The notes below the pieces were generated by a model that worked only from the letters and a program-made list of their open reading frames with translations, had not been told where the DNA came from and ran no database searches. From a virus, in the UHGV virus genome UHGV-0248979: 64,000 nt of DNA. One strand, written 5' to 3'. Of the stretch, positions 28,930-38,227 are shown piece by piece. Positions within the stretch are counted from its first letter, which is position 1. Every line of letters starts with the position of its first letter. The position numbers were made by a program, and so were the translations under genes.

Positions 28930-29490
28930 CTATTTAAAAGAGTTTGGAATTAATGACTCTGCTTCTCGGTACAGCTTATCGGGTAAGTATAACGTGTAGT
29001 GTTGCCTCCTCGGTTCAAGTTTTTTGTAAAGCCACAAGAAGATTTCTTGCCTTTCCCAGGAATCTAACCACCCATTTGCCATTCCCAGTGGAGGGATAGC
29101 AACGCTGGTATCCAGTTCCTCAACACAATCTGCTAATGCGGTAATGCCCGCAGTAACATAAGAAACCTTGGACTTTAAACGCCAATGTGTTTTCGTGGGG
29201 AGCAAGATGCACTTTTCATCAGGGTAAACGTAAACACTTCCAATCTTGATTTCGTCTTCGCGACACCGCTTACGGTAATCTTGATAAAGGTTGGGGTAGC
29301 GTTCACGGCACGCCAGTGCAATACCGCGACCCATTGCTCCTACACAGTTAATGGTAACGACTTTATAGTCTTCGGGCGCATTAAAAAGATCGTTACCAAT
29401 TTTAGATTCTTTACGTACCGTTAACATAACGAATCGGCCATAGTTGATGTGTAGTATTAAAACGTGTACCGCCGATTGATAGCTCGACAA
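28930..29490 (-). CDS. macro domain protein, TARG1/DarG-like (ADP-ribose glycohydrolase family) (up to 186 aa)
   Basis: Motifs TINCVGAMGRGIALACRERYP, LLPTKTHWRLKS, SVAIPPLGMANGWLDSWE match the TARG1-type macro domain pattern; start uncertain (M1 or M22). Confidence 0.55.
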   Translation of the reverse strand: MSSYQSAVHVLILHINYGRFVMLTVRKESKIGNDLFNAPEDYKVVTINCVGAMGRGIALACRERYPNLYQDYRKRCREDEIKIGSVYVYPDEKCILLPTKTHWRLKSKVSYVTAGITALADCVEELDTSVAIPPLGMANGWLDSWERQEIFLWLYKKLEPRRQHYTLYLPDKLYREAESLIPNSFK

Positions 29491-29514
29491 GTATAGCGAT
29501 ATATGTTTTACCCA

Positions 29515-29883
29515 TTAGCGATTTTTTGTAATCCATTGTTTGACCGCCGTTTCTAAACCTTCGTGTTGTAAGCCCAGGCGTTGCATAGTCAGTGCCAAGT
29601 TGAGCGTGTGGACAACCTGTTCACGGAACTGATGATCGTTCATGCGGTCCCAGACCTTTTCTACTGAAATATTGTGTTTCCACAGCAAATAAGCTTCGCG
29701 ACACGATGCACGACGAACCAAGCTGGGTTTAACAAAAGGTAGCTCGATTTCAGGTAAGTAACCTAAAAGCTTAACTAGCTCTGTTACCTGCGTCTTACCA
29801 AAGTCGTCGCACTGATAACAAATTTGTAGAATGTCAATTTCATTCAACGGTATGCCGTAAATTGATGGGTTCACTGTGAACAT
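29515..29883 (-). CDS. hypothetical protein (122 aa)
   Basis: ORF. Confidence 0.45.
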   Translation of the reverse strand: MFTVNPSIYGIPLNEIDILQICYQCDDFGKTQVTELVKLLGYLPEIELPFVKPSLVRRASCREAYLLWKHNISVEKVWDRMNDHQFREQVVHTLNLALTMQRLGLQHEGLETAVKQWITKNR

Positions 29884-30085
29884 TCGTATTCTCCTCAGGC
29901 TCGAAATATGGTTCGGGTGGCAACGTCCCTAAAGCCCCTTGGATACAAGCCGTCAATGAAGGTTTGCCGAAACAGACCTTACCTATTGTCCCTACATTGG
30001 GATGTTGTAAGAACGCTTTTGCACGTTCGTATTCTTTCCAACAAATACTCGTATCCAAACCACCCACTCCGTACGATTTTAACAT
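29840..30085 (-). CDS. hypothetical protein (81 aa)
   Basis: ORF truncated to ATG preceded by SD AGGAGA to avoid overlap with GNAT gene. Confidence 0.4.
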   Translation of the reverse strand: MLKSYGVGGLDTSICWKEYERAKAFLQHPNVGTIGKVCFGKPSLTACIQGALGTLPPEPYFEPEENTNVHSEPINLRHTVE

Positions 30086-30152
30086 AATTAGCTCTCCTGA
30101 CGTAAATTTCTCACACTCATAGTGAGGTACGCCAAGAGAGCTTTTATTGTTT

Positions 30153-30602
30153 TTAGAATGTTTTGCTAAAATCGACCCACTCACGATCGTGTGAGTAAAC
30201 CGCCTGATAGCCGCGTCGGATGAAATACTCTTTTGCTTCTTTACATTTCGCATACATGCCAGTAACAATTTCACCGAAAACTTCATCAGCGGCAATTGCT
30301 TTGAAAATCTCTTTCATTACACCCCGCTGACGATAGTCTGGGAGCACGTATACCGAACGTATCTTAAGTGAACCGTTACGATTCCGATAACTACAGTATC
30401 CTACCGCGACATCATCCTGATACACCAGAACTATGCAGTTACCTTCGATCAGTTGCCGAGCTTTTAATTTCGGTACCGACGTTTTTATTTTTAGTAATGT
30501 AGCCTGGTGGTCCAAGTAACGGTAGTGTAGTTTGAGTAAATCGGCAGCTTGTCGTTCGCCGACTTTAGAAGATGCGTTCAACAAATAAATTTCCATTTGC
30601 AA
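30153..30602 (-). CDS. GNAT family N-acetyltransferase (149 aa)
   Basis: Acetyl-CoA binding motif A-like VLPDYRQRGVMKEIFKA. Confidence 0.6.
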   Translation of the reverse strand: MQMEIYLLNASSKVGERQAADLLKLHYRYLDHQATLLKIKTSVPKLKARQLIEGNCIVLVYQDDVAVGYCSYRNRNGSLKIRSVYVLPDYRQRGVMKEIFKAIAADEVFGEIVTGMYAKCKEAKEYFIRRGYQAVYSHDREWVDFSKTF

Positions 30603-30923
30603 ACCTTAGAGACGCAAAAAAGTAAAATTAAAACCAACGCGCGATGACGAATGCCGCTGCGGCTAATATGGCCGTGGTGATTATCAACCCACCCCATGAA
30701 AGTTCCGCATCGTATAATGCGGATATCGCTACATTCGTAGTGTTTATCGAGGTCATTTTCTGCTCCTAGTAATACCCTCACGCCGGAGGGTATTTTCCGG
30801 ATTATTTGGGTGTTTAGTCTTCAAACGCCCATCTGTGTTGTTTAACCAGCAAGTTTAAACCTTTACCGATTAACCACATCGCACCAAGTGTTAACAGAAC
30901 CCCTTCAACCATATTCCCTTCTC

Positions 30924-31103
30924 CTAATTCCGCCATTCGCATTCACGTTGACGCCAAATTGAACCCCATGATAGTTTAATCAGATAAGATGAAACTACCC
31001 ATAAAATCATCACCACGCAAAACATGACATAAAGAACCGCTAGAATGGACATGAAACCAAACCCCGCCGCGTCCATAAAACGACGGAACCAATCAGTTTG
31101 CAT
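30924..31103 (-). CDS. small membrane protein (59 aa)
   Basis: Hydrophobic core FGFMSILAVLYVMFCVVMILWVV; SD AAGGAG upstream of the ATG. Confidence 0.4.
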   Translation of the reverse strand: MQTDWFRRFMDAAGFGFMSILAVLYVMFCVVMILWVVSSYLIKLSWGSIWRQRECEWRN

Positions 31104-33597
31104 AAACAATTTTTACTCCTTCGTTATACACCGCAGGCAATGTCACTCCTTCCGGTTCGATGACACAGTACGATGCTTCATTAAGTTTAGAATGGACCTC
31201 AGCTTCGTGGGAAACTACCAAGAGTTGTGAAAATTCTCCCGAGTTTGCTAACGTTTTAATAAAGCCGACCAGGTTATTACGGTGTTCCTCGTCCATGCCT
31301 TCCGAAGGCTCATCCAAAAGCAACGGAAACTGATGCAACTTCAGCGCTTTGTACGCAGTCAGTCTGAACATCAGATTAAATATAGCACGCTGTGCCTTAG
31401 ACCCTTTACGCACGTCAGGAACAGGCTCAGGGTGCGTTTTTAGCTGGACAGGAAAAGTATAATCCAAATCACCGTCAGTGAGATCACAGGGCATAACACG
31501 CATGGGGTACGTCCAGACCTGTTCGATATAACGCGTCATTAACTCTGTGATTCTAACGATAGCGTTGTAAAAATACTTTCTAAGTACACCCTTTTCTGGC
31601 GAGAAGGCTTGAATCATCAGTTTGTTATTGAACTGTTGGGCTTGTAAGTCTGTAAGTTCGCGCTCCAAACTGTTGAGCTGATTCAATTCATTTTCCATCT
31701 GACGATAACGTTCGCGTGCAGTTGTAAAAGCATCCAGCTTCCCTTCCCGCACTCGTAAGAGTTCCTCGACGACCGTATTTGTCAACGTAACCTTAACATC
31801 ACTCTCTAACCGTTCGAATAACGCACTGAAATCATCTACAGCACGTTTAACATTCACTAGATAGGTAAGTGTCGTGTTAGCCAGTTCGTGCTCTCTACGA
31901 CGCATTGAGAGCATCTCTGTGGCTTTACCTAACCGTGACTGTTGGAAGGCGATCTTTTGTTGTAAAGCACCATCGACGTTACCAACGGCCGCCACGGCAT
32001 CCTGCCATTCTTTTTCCGCTTTCACTAACCGTTGTCGGGTTTCATGGTACTCAATAGCAGAGTACAACTCACCGTCAAACGCTGCGCATAGACTCCCGAA
32101 CTGCTCGCGAGACTCTGTGAAAACGTTACGTTCTTGCAAACGCTTAAAGAACATACTCAATACAGGGTCCTTTGAATACGTCAGTACAATCTCACGAACC
32201 TGCCGCATATAAGTTACATCAGATTCTAATTCAACACGATCGCGTAATAAGGTCTCTAGCTGTGTTTGAAGTTCCGTCCGTTGCTGCTGTTGACCACGAA
32301 TCGATGACTCGAGTTCAGGTAAAGAACGCGTAACACCTGGCCGAAACTTAAACCGACACTGCGGACAATCCACTTCTGCTGTTTCTAAGTAGTGGTTACG
32401 TTCGTGATTTAAATTCTGTAAAACGTTCTCCACTCGCTGGAGTCTATCCCGTAATCCTGCGGTTTTTTGATCCATCACCAGAAGGCGTTCTTCCAAAACA
32501 TTGAGTTTCTCGGTTGAATGAATAGCGTCCAGTGTTGTTCCCAACCGTTGTCCCCAAACACGCGCATCGGTAGCCGCACGAAGTTGGTCTAAACTGACGT
32601 TATCGTTAAATAAACCCGGAAAGAGATGCTCGGTGTCCCATTTGGTAAGTAACTCACGTAAACGTGCCAGTGTATTCTTGAGACCTTCGTGGTTCCGCAT
32701 CAGGTAGTCTTGTCGTGTTGACTCATCCATCAATAACGACAAGTCTTTATTCAACATCGATACCTCTGTTTCGGTAGAAACGACGGCTTCGCGGGCTGTC
32801 GCTTCATTTTGTCGGGCGGCCAGTATCTGTTCATCAGTAGGCAACCCACCACGATGTTGTAATATTGCGTCGATGGTTGGACCCAAGCCGTTTAATAAGG
32901 CTTGGATTGTTTCGATCGTGACGGCACGATTTAATCCTGGCAACTGTTCGATTTCTCGGTTCAGTTCACGTAAATCCGATTCCAAACCTTTTAATCTCGT
33001 TGCTAATTGTTGTCGTTCTTCCTCGTTCTCAATAACGCGCGTCCGTAATTCGGCAATCTTACGACTGGTGATTTCAATACCCCCATTTAAGGCGGTAAGG
33101 TTTTTACGCAAACGTTGATAAAACCCTAACGCGTATGTAAGATCAGAGGTACTTAAACGGTAAAACCATTTACGGCGTAATTCGGTTCCCGCATCGGTTA
33201 ACAAAACCTCACCATTTAATAGTTCTTTAATTTCTTTCGTAATACCCGTGATTTCTTCAACACGGGAGTTGTAGACCTTCGCATTACCTTGCTCGACGAT
33301 CTTTGCTCCCGTGGTCAGATTTTCAATATCGCAAACCAAAGAGTTACCTTTACGGGCAACTTTGAATCGATACCGTTGATCACCAACTAAACAGTAGTTC
33401 GTGTAAGAACCGCCGTCTCTGAATTCAGTTTTAGCCGGTGCTAAGGGTAAGAATACAGACAGTAGACTGGTTTTCCCGCAACCGTTCCCACCCAGGATAA
33501 TTGTTGTTGGAGACTGGATAGTGAAATCGAAAGTTTCAATTTCATGTAATCCCATCCCCGTAAAACCTTTGAGTATAATGCGTTCAACTTTTAGCAT
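31093..33597 (-). CDS. sbcC: SbcC/Rad50-like ATPase with coiled coil and CxxC zinc hook (834 aa)
   Basis: N-terminal Walker A GGNGCGKTSLL, central coiled coil with CPQC hook, C-terminal LLLDEPSEGMD Walker B and SHE H-loop; start moved to ATG with SD GGAGGTG. Confidence 0.85.
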   Translation of the reverse strand: MLKVERIILKGFTGMGLHEIETFDFTIQSPTTIILGGNGCGKTSLLSVFLPLAPAKTEFRDGGSYTNYCLVGDQRYRFKVARKGNSLVCDIENLTTGAKIVEQGNAKVYNSRVEEITGITKEIKELLNGEVLLTDAGTELRRKWFYRLSTSDLTYALGFYQRLRKNLTALNGGIEITSRKIAELRTRVIENEEERQQLATRLKGLESDLRELNREIEQLPGLNRAVTIETIQALLNGLGPTIDAILQHRGGLPTDEQILAARQNEATAREAVVSTETEVSMLNKDLSLLMDESTRQDYLMRNHEGLKNTLARLRELLTKWDTEHLFPGLFNDNVSLDQLRAATDARVWGQRLGTTLDAIHSTEKLNVLEERLLVMDQKTAGLRDRLQRVENVLQNLNHERNHYLETAEVDCPQCRFKFRPGVTRSLPELESSIRGQQQQRTELQTQLETLLRDRVELESDVTYMRQVREIVLTYSKDPVLSMFFKRLQERNVFTESREQFGSLCAAFDGELYSAIEYHETRQRLVKAEKEWQDAVAAVGNVDGALQQKIAFQQSRLGKATEMLSMRRREHELANTTLTYLVNVKRAVDDFSALFERLESDVKVTLTNTVVEELLRVREGKLDAFTTARERYRQMENELNQLNSLERELTDLQAQQFNNKLMIQAFSPEKGVLRKYFYNAIVRITELMTRYIEQVWTYPMRVMPCDLTDGDLDYTFPVQLKTHPEPVPDVRKGSKAQRAIFNLMFRLTAYKALKLHQFPLLLDEPSEGMDEEHRNNLVGFIKTLANSGEFSQLLVVSHEAEVHSKLNEASYCVIEPEGVTLPAVYNEGVKIVYAN

Positions 33598-33651
33598 ACC
33601 CACCTCCATAAAGACGGAGTGTGGTGTAAAAAGAAAAAAAAAACAGAGAAA

Positions 33652-33673
33652 GGGAGAACCCGAAGGTTCTCCC
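33652..33673 (-). terminator. hairpin GGGAGAACC-CGAA-GGTTCTCCC
   Basis: 9-bp stem with tetraloop; long A-run upstream on plus strand. Confidence 0.55.
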
Positions 33674-33678
33674 AAACG

Positions 33679-34287
33679 TTATTTGGTATACGGCTGATAA
33701 CCCATTGAAGTCCAATAATCGATATTCTTCGCGTTTTCTACCCAAACCTGTCCCGCCTTTGTGGCTAAGACTTCCATTGTCAGTGCACAGATCAGGTTTG
33801 TTACCGGAATGCAATTTCCTGGCGTAACGTCGTCCAGATAAACCGGGTATAAAAACGGTGATTTAATGGATTGGTACGGATAAGAATAGTGATTGCCGAC
33901 CTTCCACCCTTCCTCTACAGGACAGAGATTAAACGTACGTGTTTCTGGAACTGCGTTTTCAGAGATCCAGTTAACAACATCGGCTTTAATTCGGTCGTGG
34001 TCGATATAGTAGAACACGACACGTTGTGGGATACTTGTGGTACCAGCCGGGTCTAAAGCCTCCAACGCCTTGAAAGGCGTCGTTAACAATGTTGAACTGT
34101 TCTCAAGTGCGTAAACCAATTTTTCGTAAGCAGTCGGCGTTTTACGTTTAAAATACTCCCGTAAGCGTGGATACGCCAGGAAGCCCTCTACTTCCTCTTC
34201 CATTAAGTCGATGAATAAAGGCGTATGCGAATAACGCTCTGCATTTTGCATCGCTTCAAGAAAACGAACTAATGTAATTTCGTTCAT
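33679..34287 (-). CDS. hypothetical protein (202 aa)
   Basis: ORF; no Mre11/SbcD phosphoesterase motifs seen. Confidence 0.5.
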   Translation of the reverse strand: MNEITLVRFLEAMQNAERYSHTPLFIDLMEEEVEGFLAYPRLREYFKRKTPTAYEKLVYALENSSTLLTTPFKALEALDPAGTTSIPQRVVFYYIDHDRIKADVVNWISENAVPETRTFNLCPVEEGWKVGNHYSYPYQSIKSPFLYPVYLDDVTPGNCIPVTNLICALTMEVLATKAGQVWVENAKNIDYWTSMGYQPYTK

Positions 34288-34316
34288 CTGGTCTTTCCTT
34301 TTAGATCAAAAAAAGA

Positions 34317-34336
34317 AGCCCCGAATAAACGGGGCC
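34317..34336 (-). terminator. hairpin GCCCCG...CGGGGC
   Basis: 6-bp GC stem, A-run upstream on plus strand. Confidence 0.4.
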
Positions 34337-34343
34337 GGGCTAA

Positions 34344-34820
34344 TTATAGCCCTAAGTGCGTGAGTGATAAAATAGGCTGTGTTTCACCTTTAATCGTCGC
34401 GAAGGAACGATACATTTCTGCGTTACTTGAAAAAACTTCGTTAGCAACGATACATTCACCCGTCTCTAAAGAAAGGAGATAAATGTAGTCGCTCCATACG
34501 CTTTGTACCAATACCCATTCGAGCGCGGTGTCATTTTCGCGTGTTGTCCGCAGGTGGTGAAAGTAAGGCCGGATTGCGTCGACCGCTGCATTAAAACGGC
34601 GATGATAAATTCGGGTTAAATCAAATGTCCAGATTGTTTCCAGGTCAACTGGGTGTAATGTGCGCACAGTGTCGATAATCGTCGACTGATCGTTAAGGCG
34701 TGCGGCTTCAGCGATGCGCAGCAGTTTCCAGGCCACCGTTAAGTTGTGACGAATTTGTTCAGGTTTAGCCGACAGGTCATGATGAAATTGCGCAGCTTGA
34801 TAGACGTTAGATAATTGCAT
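34344..34820 (-). CDS. hypothetical protein (158 aa)
   Basis: ORF. Confidence 0.5.
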   Translation of the reverse strand: MQLSNVYQAAQFHHDLSAKPEQIRHNLTVAWKLLRIAEAARLNDQSTIIDTVRTLHPVDLETIWTFDLTRIYHRRFNAAVDAIRPYFHHLRTTRENDTALEWVLVQSVWSDYIYLLSLETGECIVANEVFSSNAEMYRSFATIKGETQPILSLTHLGL

Positions 34821-34857
34821 TTTAATACTCCTTTAGGTAAAACATGTCGTAAAAAAG

Positions 34858-34878
34858 GACCCCGGACATTCCGGGGTC
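34858..34878 (-). terminator. hairpin GACCCCGGA...CCGGGGTC
   Basis: 8-9 bp GC stem, A-run upstream on plus strand. Confidence 0.5.
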
Positions 34879-34888
34879 AAGACTACAC

Positions 34889-35278
34889 TCAATGATCTAA
34901 TTCGATAGCGCCAGCCATCTTGCCCCGTTCTTCGATAACGATCAGATAACGGTCGCGAGATTTGCTTTTAGCGAGAGTTAAGACAACAGTAGGGTCGCAC
35001 GTTTTCGTGGTGATAGGAAGAACCTCTCTTGCAACGGAATCGAGTAGAAAGTAATAACCTGCGGGACACATTGTGCCACCATCAGCTTTTACCAGAATAT
35101 AGCGCCCGTCTGCGCCGACTTCTTGGCAGATTGTTTCACCGACTTCACAAACTTCAAACCCCGGGGGATTATACTGATAATCGGTATTGTTGTTTGAGGT
35201 TAGCAGTAAATCATTAACCTGGGTAGATGCCGCTACACTCAGGGAGAAGAAGAATGCTAAAGCGCAGATGAGACGCAT
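34889..35278 (-). CDS. secreted Cys-containing small protein with signal peptide (129 aa)
   Basis: Signal MRLICALAFFFSLSVAAS; several Cys in mature part. Confidence 0.55.
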   Translation of the reverse strand: MRLICALAFFFSLSVAASTQVNDLLLTSNNNTDYQYNPPGFEVCEVGETICQEVGADGRYILVKADGGTMCPAGYYFLLDSVAREVLPITTKTCDPTVVLTLAKSKSRDRYLIVIEERGKMAGAIELDH

Positions 35279-35288
35279 GAGTTACTCC

Positions 35289-35699
35289 TTAAATTTTAAG
35301 TTTATCCATAGCTACAACGATAGGTTTTTCCGAAGTGTCTAATATCCCTACCATCGGTACACCATTTTTGATTTCGAAGAACGGTTTGTTATTGCCAGAG
35401 CACAAACGTTTGTCGTTGTATTCGAGACGTTGTGCCTTCCACGTTTCGAGGTTGAGTACGGACATAGGGCTGTCGTAGCACCAGGCCCCACCCTGCTCAA
35501 CGATGAACACGTATCTGCTACCTTTGTATTTAAACAGGCTCTTCGCCTGACAGTACAGGCCGTCAATTTCTGTACAGTAGAAATCGTCGGCACTATTGAC
35601 GTACTTAATTCCAGCTGGCAACTGTGTTATTTTTGCTGATACGTTAACAGAGAACAGAATAGCAATTGCAATGAGAAGAGTGTTGATGATAGTTTTCAT
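35289..35699 (-). CDS. secreted small protein with signal peptide (136 aa)
   Basis: Signal MKTIINTLLIAIAILFSVNVSA. Confidence 0.55.
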   Translation of the reverse strand: MKTIINTLLIAIAILFSVNVSAKITQLPAGIKYVNSADDFYCTEIDGLYCQAKSLFKYKGSRYVFIVEQGGAWCYDSPMSVLNLETWKAQRLEYNDKRLCSGNNKPFFEIKNGVPMVGILDTSEKPIVVAMDKLKI

Positions 35700-35709
35700 G
35701 ATAAACTCC

Positions 35710-36195
35710 TTAGTATTTAGATTGTTCTACGTACTTCTTAACCAGATAACCGAATTCAGCAACGCCGATTTCGCCGAACCAAACCAGATAACCGGGGTCG
35801 ATGTTGTAGTAATAACCGACGAGTTTCTTGGTGTGTGGGTTGTATAGCGTTACGATATATTCCCAGCCACAAGCGTTAGCTTTACAACCACCACTTTCAA
35901 TCCAGATTTTGTTGTTGATATTTACCGGATACATGTTACCGCCAGGGCCATCCATGTAACCTTTAGAGCCGAACATTCCATCCAGTCCCACCGGATCTAG
36001 TGTTTTATCAACAACACCTTTAAATGACTTATCGGTATCGTACAAGTCGTTGATGTTTGGACACGCATTTGGCTGACCTTCCCGAGCGTTCCCATCGCAG
36101 GTAAGCAATTCGTCTACGGAGGCCGCATCTACAGTAGGTGTGGCACCGATAAACAAGAAAACCAGAAAGAACATCAGTGTATGTAAACGTTTCAT
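35710..36195 (-). CDS. secreted small protein with signal peptide (161 aa)
   Basis: Signal MKRLHTLMFFLVFLFIGATPTVDA. Confidence 0.55.
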   Translation of the reverse strand: MKRLHTLMFFLVFLFIGATPTVDAASVDELLTCDGNAREGQPNACPNINDLYDTDKSFKGVVDKTLDPVGLDGMFGSKGYMDGPGGNMYPVNINNKIWIESGGCKANACGWEYIVTLYNPHTKKLVGYYYNIDPGYLVWFGEIGVAEFGYLVKKYVEQSKY

Positions 36196-36213
36196 TGTGA
36201 CTACTCCTTTAGA

Positions 36214-36606
36214 TTATTCAGCAGGACGATTTAAAGTAACACGGCCAATTAATTCGGCGTTATGAAAGAAGTCCACAGCGGTATAGTTACCAACTGATAA
36301 CGGATGTATGCTAACCGACATGACTTTTGGTTGTTCACAGGCGATATCGGTCAAACGTTGGTAGACTTGTGCACGGGTGTCAGCAATGAGTAATCCTGTA
36401 CATGTTTCACCACGTACTAAACGATAAACTTGCAGTTTACCGAAACTGCGCATTAACGTAGGTGTCTCATCCGGGTTGATAATCGGTGAGTCAGGAGCGG
36501 GTTCGTAATGGTTGACATCCGAACCGCCGAAAGCGTAAGTGCCAGTAATGCCGATTGCACAGAAAACAATGATAGTATAAAGTATAGTTCTAATATTCAT
36601 TTTCAC
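36214..36606 (-). CDS. secreted small protein with signal peptide (130 aa)
   Basis: Signal MKMNIRTILYTIIVFCAIGITGTYA. Confidence 0.55.
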   Translation of the reverse strand: MKMNIRTILYTIIVFCAIGITGTYAFGGSDVNHYEPAPDSPIINPDETPTLMRSFGKLQVYRLVRGETCTGLLIADTRAQVYQRLTDIACEQPKVMSVSIHPLSVGNYTAVDFFHNAELIGRVTLNRPAE

Positions 36607-36628
36607 GCACTCTAAAAAAGATTAATAC

Positions 36629-37090
36629 TTATTTGTTAGGACGGGTGTGTCCACAGTTCTGGAAGAAAGTTTCAGATAGACGTTCGCCTTCTACGGTAAA
36701 GTTAGCGGCGTCATTACCATTGATACTCACGCTGAAATTTTTGGCATTACCGATAGCATTAACGAAAGCAACCCAAGCGAGTTCTGCTTTGTCACTACCA
36801 TCCACGGTAGGGATGTTATAGGTTTTGCCGTTTACGACAATATCCATCGTGTTATCTTCAGCGTTAGTTGCACCTACAGGTTCCCCGTAATACCAAACCA
36901 TGCGACCGTAAAATTTGCGATTCGCGGTTTCAGTGTCACAGTTGATAGACAGTCCGTTTCCGGTGGTGTCTTCGATTTCGTAAACTGCCTGACCAGGGTT
37001 CTGTATTTGTTCCCAGCTGTTGATAGCGGCGTGTGCAGTATTGAATCCGAAAGTTAAAATGGTTACTAAGAACGCGATAAAAGTTTTCAT
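36629..37090 (-). CDS. secreted small protein with signal peptide (153 aa)
   Basis: Start moved to ATG with SD AAGGAG giving signal MKTFIAFLVTILTFGFNTAHA. Confidence 0.55.
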   Translation of the reverse strand: MKTFIAFLVTILTFGFNTAHAAINSWEQIQNPGQAVYEIEDTTGNGLSINCDTETANRKFYGRMVWYYGEPVGATNAEDNTMDIVVNGKTYNIPTVDGSDKAELAWVAFVNAIGNAKNFSVSINGNDAANFTVEGERLSETFFQNCGHTRPNK

Positions 37091-37136
37091 TGAAATGCTC
37101 CTTCGGGTTATGGGAAAGTTCCCACAAATCATGAAA

Positions 37137-37508
37137 TTAAATGAGAAAGTGGGCAACTCTTTTAATCTGTCTATAACTATCATCGATACCTCTTATTATT
37201 TCCAGACGTTCTTCTGAAGAAAGGCATTGGTTAATGTCTTTGTCAAGATTGAACAATGTCATGAGTTTTGCAATCGAAACTGCCAGGTTGTCCGATAGCT
37301 CGTTGTTTTTACGCCATTCTTCGTTACGGAAAATACAGATAAGGTCTTTCACCTGGTTTTCAGCGAGCGGTTTGGCTAACTGTGCGTCGCGCTGTTCGAG
37401 AAGGTATGCTTCGTTGGTAAGTAATTGTTTCAGGTCTTCTGGGTAAAGGGCAGCGCGAGTAACGATCAGTAATACAACAAACGGGTCTTTGAACAATTCG
37501 TTTTTCAT
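37137..37508 (-). CDS. hypothetical protein (123 aa)
   Basis: Start moved to ATG with SD AGGAGA. Confidence 0.5.
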   Translation of the reverse strand: MKNELFKDPFVVLLIVTRAALYPEDLKQLLTNEAYLLEQRDAQLAKPLAENQVKDLICIFRNEEWRKNNELSDNLAVSIAKLMTLFNLDKDINQCLSSEERLEIIRGIDDSYRQIKRVAHFLI

Positions 37509-37546
37509 CTTTAGTTCTCCTAAAATGGTTTCGTTAAGTGAGAGTA

Positions 37547-37571
37547 ACTGAACTCTCACCTAAGTAATATA
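37547..37571. promoter_or_regulatory. conserved 25-nt AT-rich element CACCTAAGTAATATATATCTGAAAT (copy 1), promoter-like
   Basis: Near-identical (24/25) to copy at 41946-41970; 39 nt upstream of the minus gene start at 37508. Confidence 0.4.
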
Positions 37572-37612
37572 TATCTGAAATTATTTTTAATGTTGACGAA
37601 CAAAAAATAAAA

Positions 37613-37632
37613 GGTGGGGGTAAACCCCCACC
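37613..37632 (-). terminator. hairpin GGTGGGGG-TAAA-CCCCCACC
   Basis: 8-bp stem, A-run upstream on plus strand. Confidence 0.55.
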
Positions 37633-37636
37633 GACG

Positions 37637-38215
37637 TTATACATCGAACCGATACTGCCGGGAGTTAATGAGGAACTCAGTATTCAGCTCAATCCATTCG
37701 AGTAAATCCCCCAACGGTAATCGGTTTGGGTTTTCTAACTCGATAGATGCAACCGGATAAGAGTTTACTAATTCCGTAATCGCCTCAATGCCCTCTTGCG
37801 TTCCATCGTCTTCTAAGGTGATTGTAAACGGCATATCGGTACGTTCCGCATTAGGATTGTACAAACTGACTTTCGTTGCTTGCACAAACGCAGTCAGGTC
37901 GTCTCGCATAATGCGAATATCTGGCGCTAGAACTACCCAGAGATGTTGCCCTGGCTGGAGTTTACGTTTTGCGTAGTTTACGAAAGGACTTGCCGTCAAG
38001 TTATCTAAACCACAACAGATGTTACGTAAACGAATTCCGCGCGGATCTTTGTAATCCACGTCGAAAATCCCCACAGGTTCATTCGCTGCCCGCTTTATCA
38101 GAAAGGCTAATACCGTGTCCGCTCTTTCTGGTAAGGAAAGCTCTATTCCCTCAAGCTCCCCATCGACGAGATTTTCTAACCAAACGTCTTTTCGCATTTC
38201 TATTAATCGGTACAC
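37637..38215 (-). CDS. hypothetical protein (192 aa)
   Basis: ORF. Confidence 0.5.
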   Translation of the reverse strand: MYRLIEMRKDVWLENLVDGELEGIELSLPERADTVLAFLIKRAANEPVGIFDVDYKDPRGIRLRNICCGLDNLTASPFVNYAKRKLQPGQHLWVVLAPDIRIMRDDLTAFVQATKVSLYNPNAERTDMPFTITLEDDGTQEGIEAITELVNSYPVASIELENPNRLPLGDLLEWIELNTEFLINSRQYRFDV

Positions 38216-38227
38216 GGTTCCACCTCA

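Noticed and set aside
30629-30756. Approx. 42-50-aa minus-strand ORF with SD GGAGCAGAAA and one hydrophobic segment between the GNAT gene and the small membrane protein gene
   Set aside because: Short, frame and stop assignment uncertain on manual translation, overlaps an alternative GTG-start ORF (30578-30781); left unannotated.
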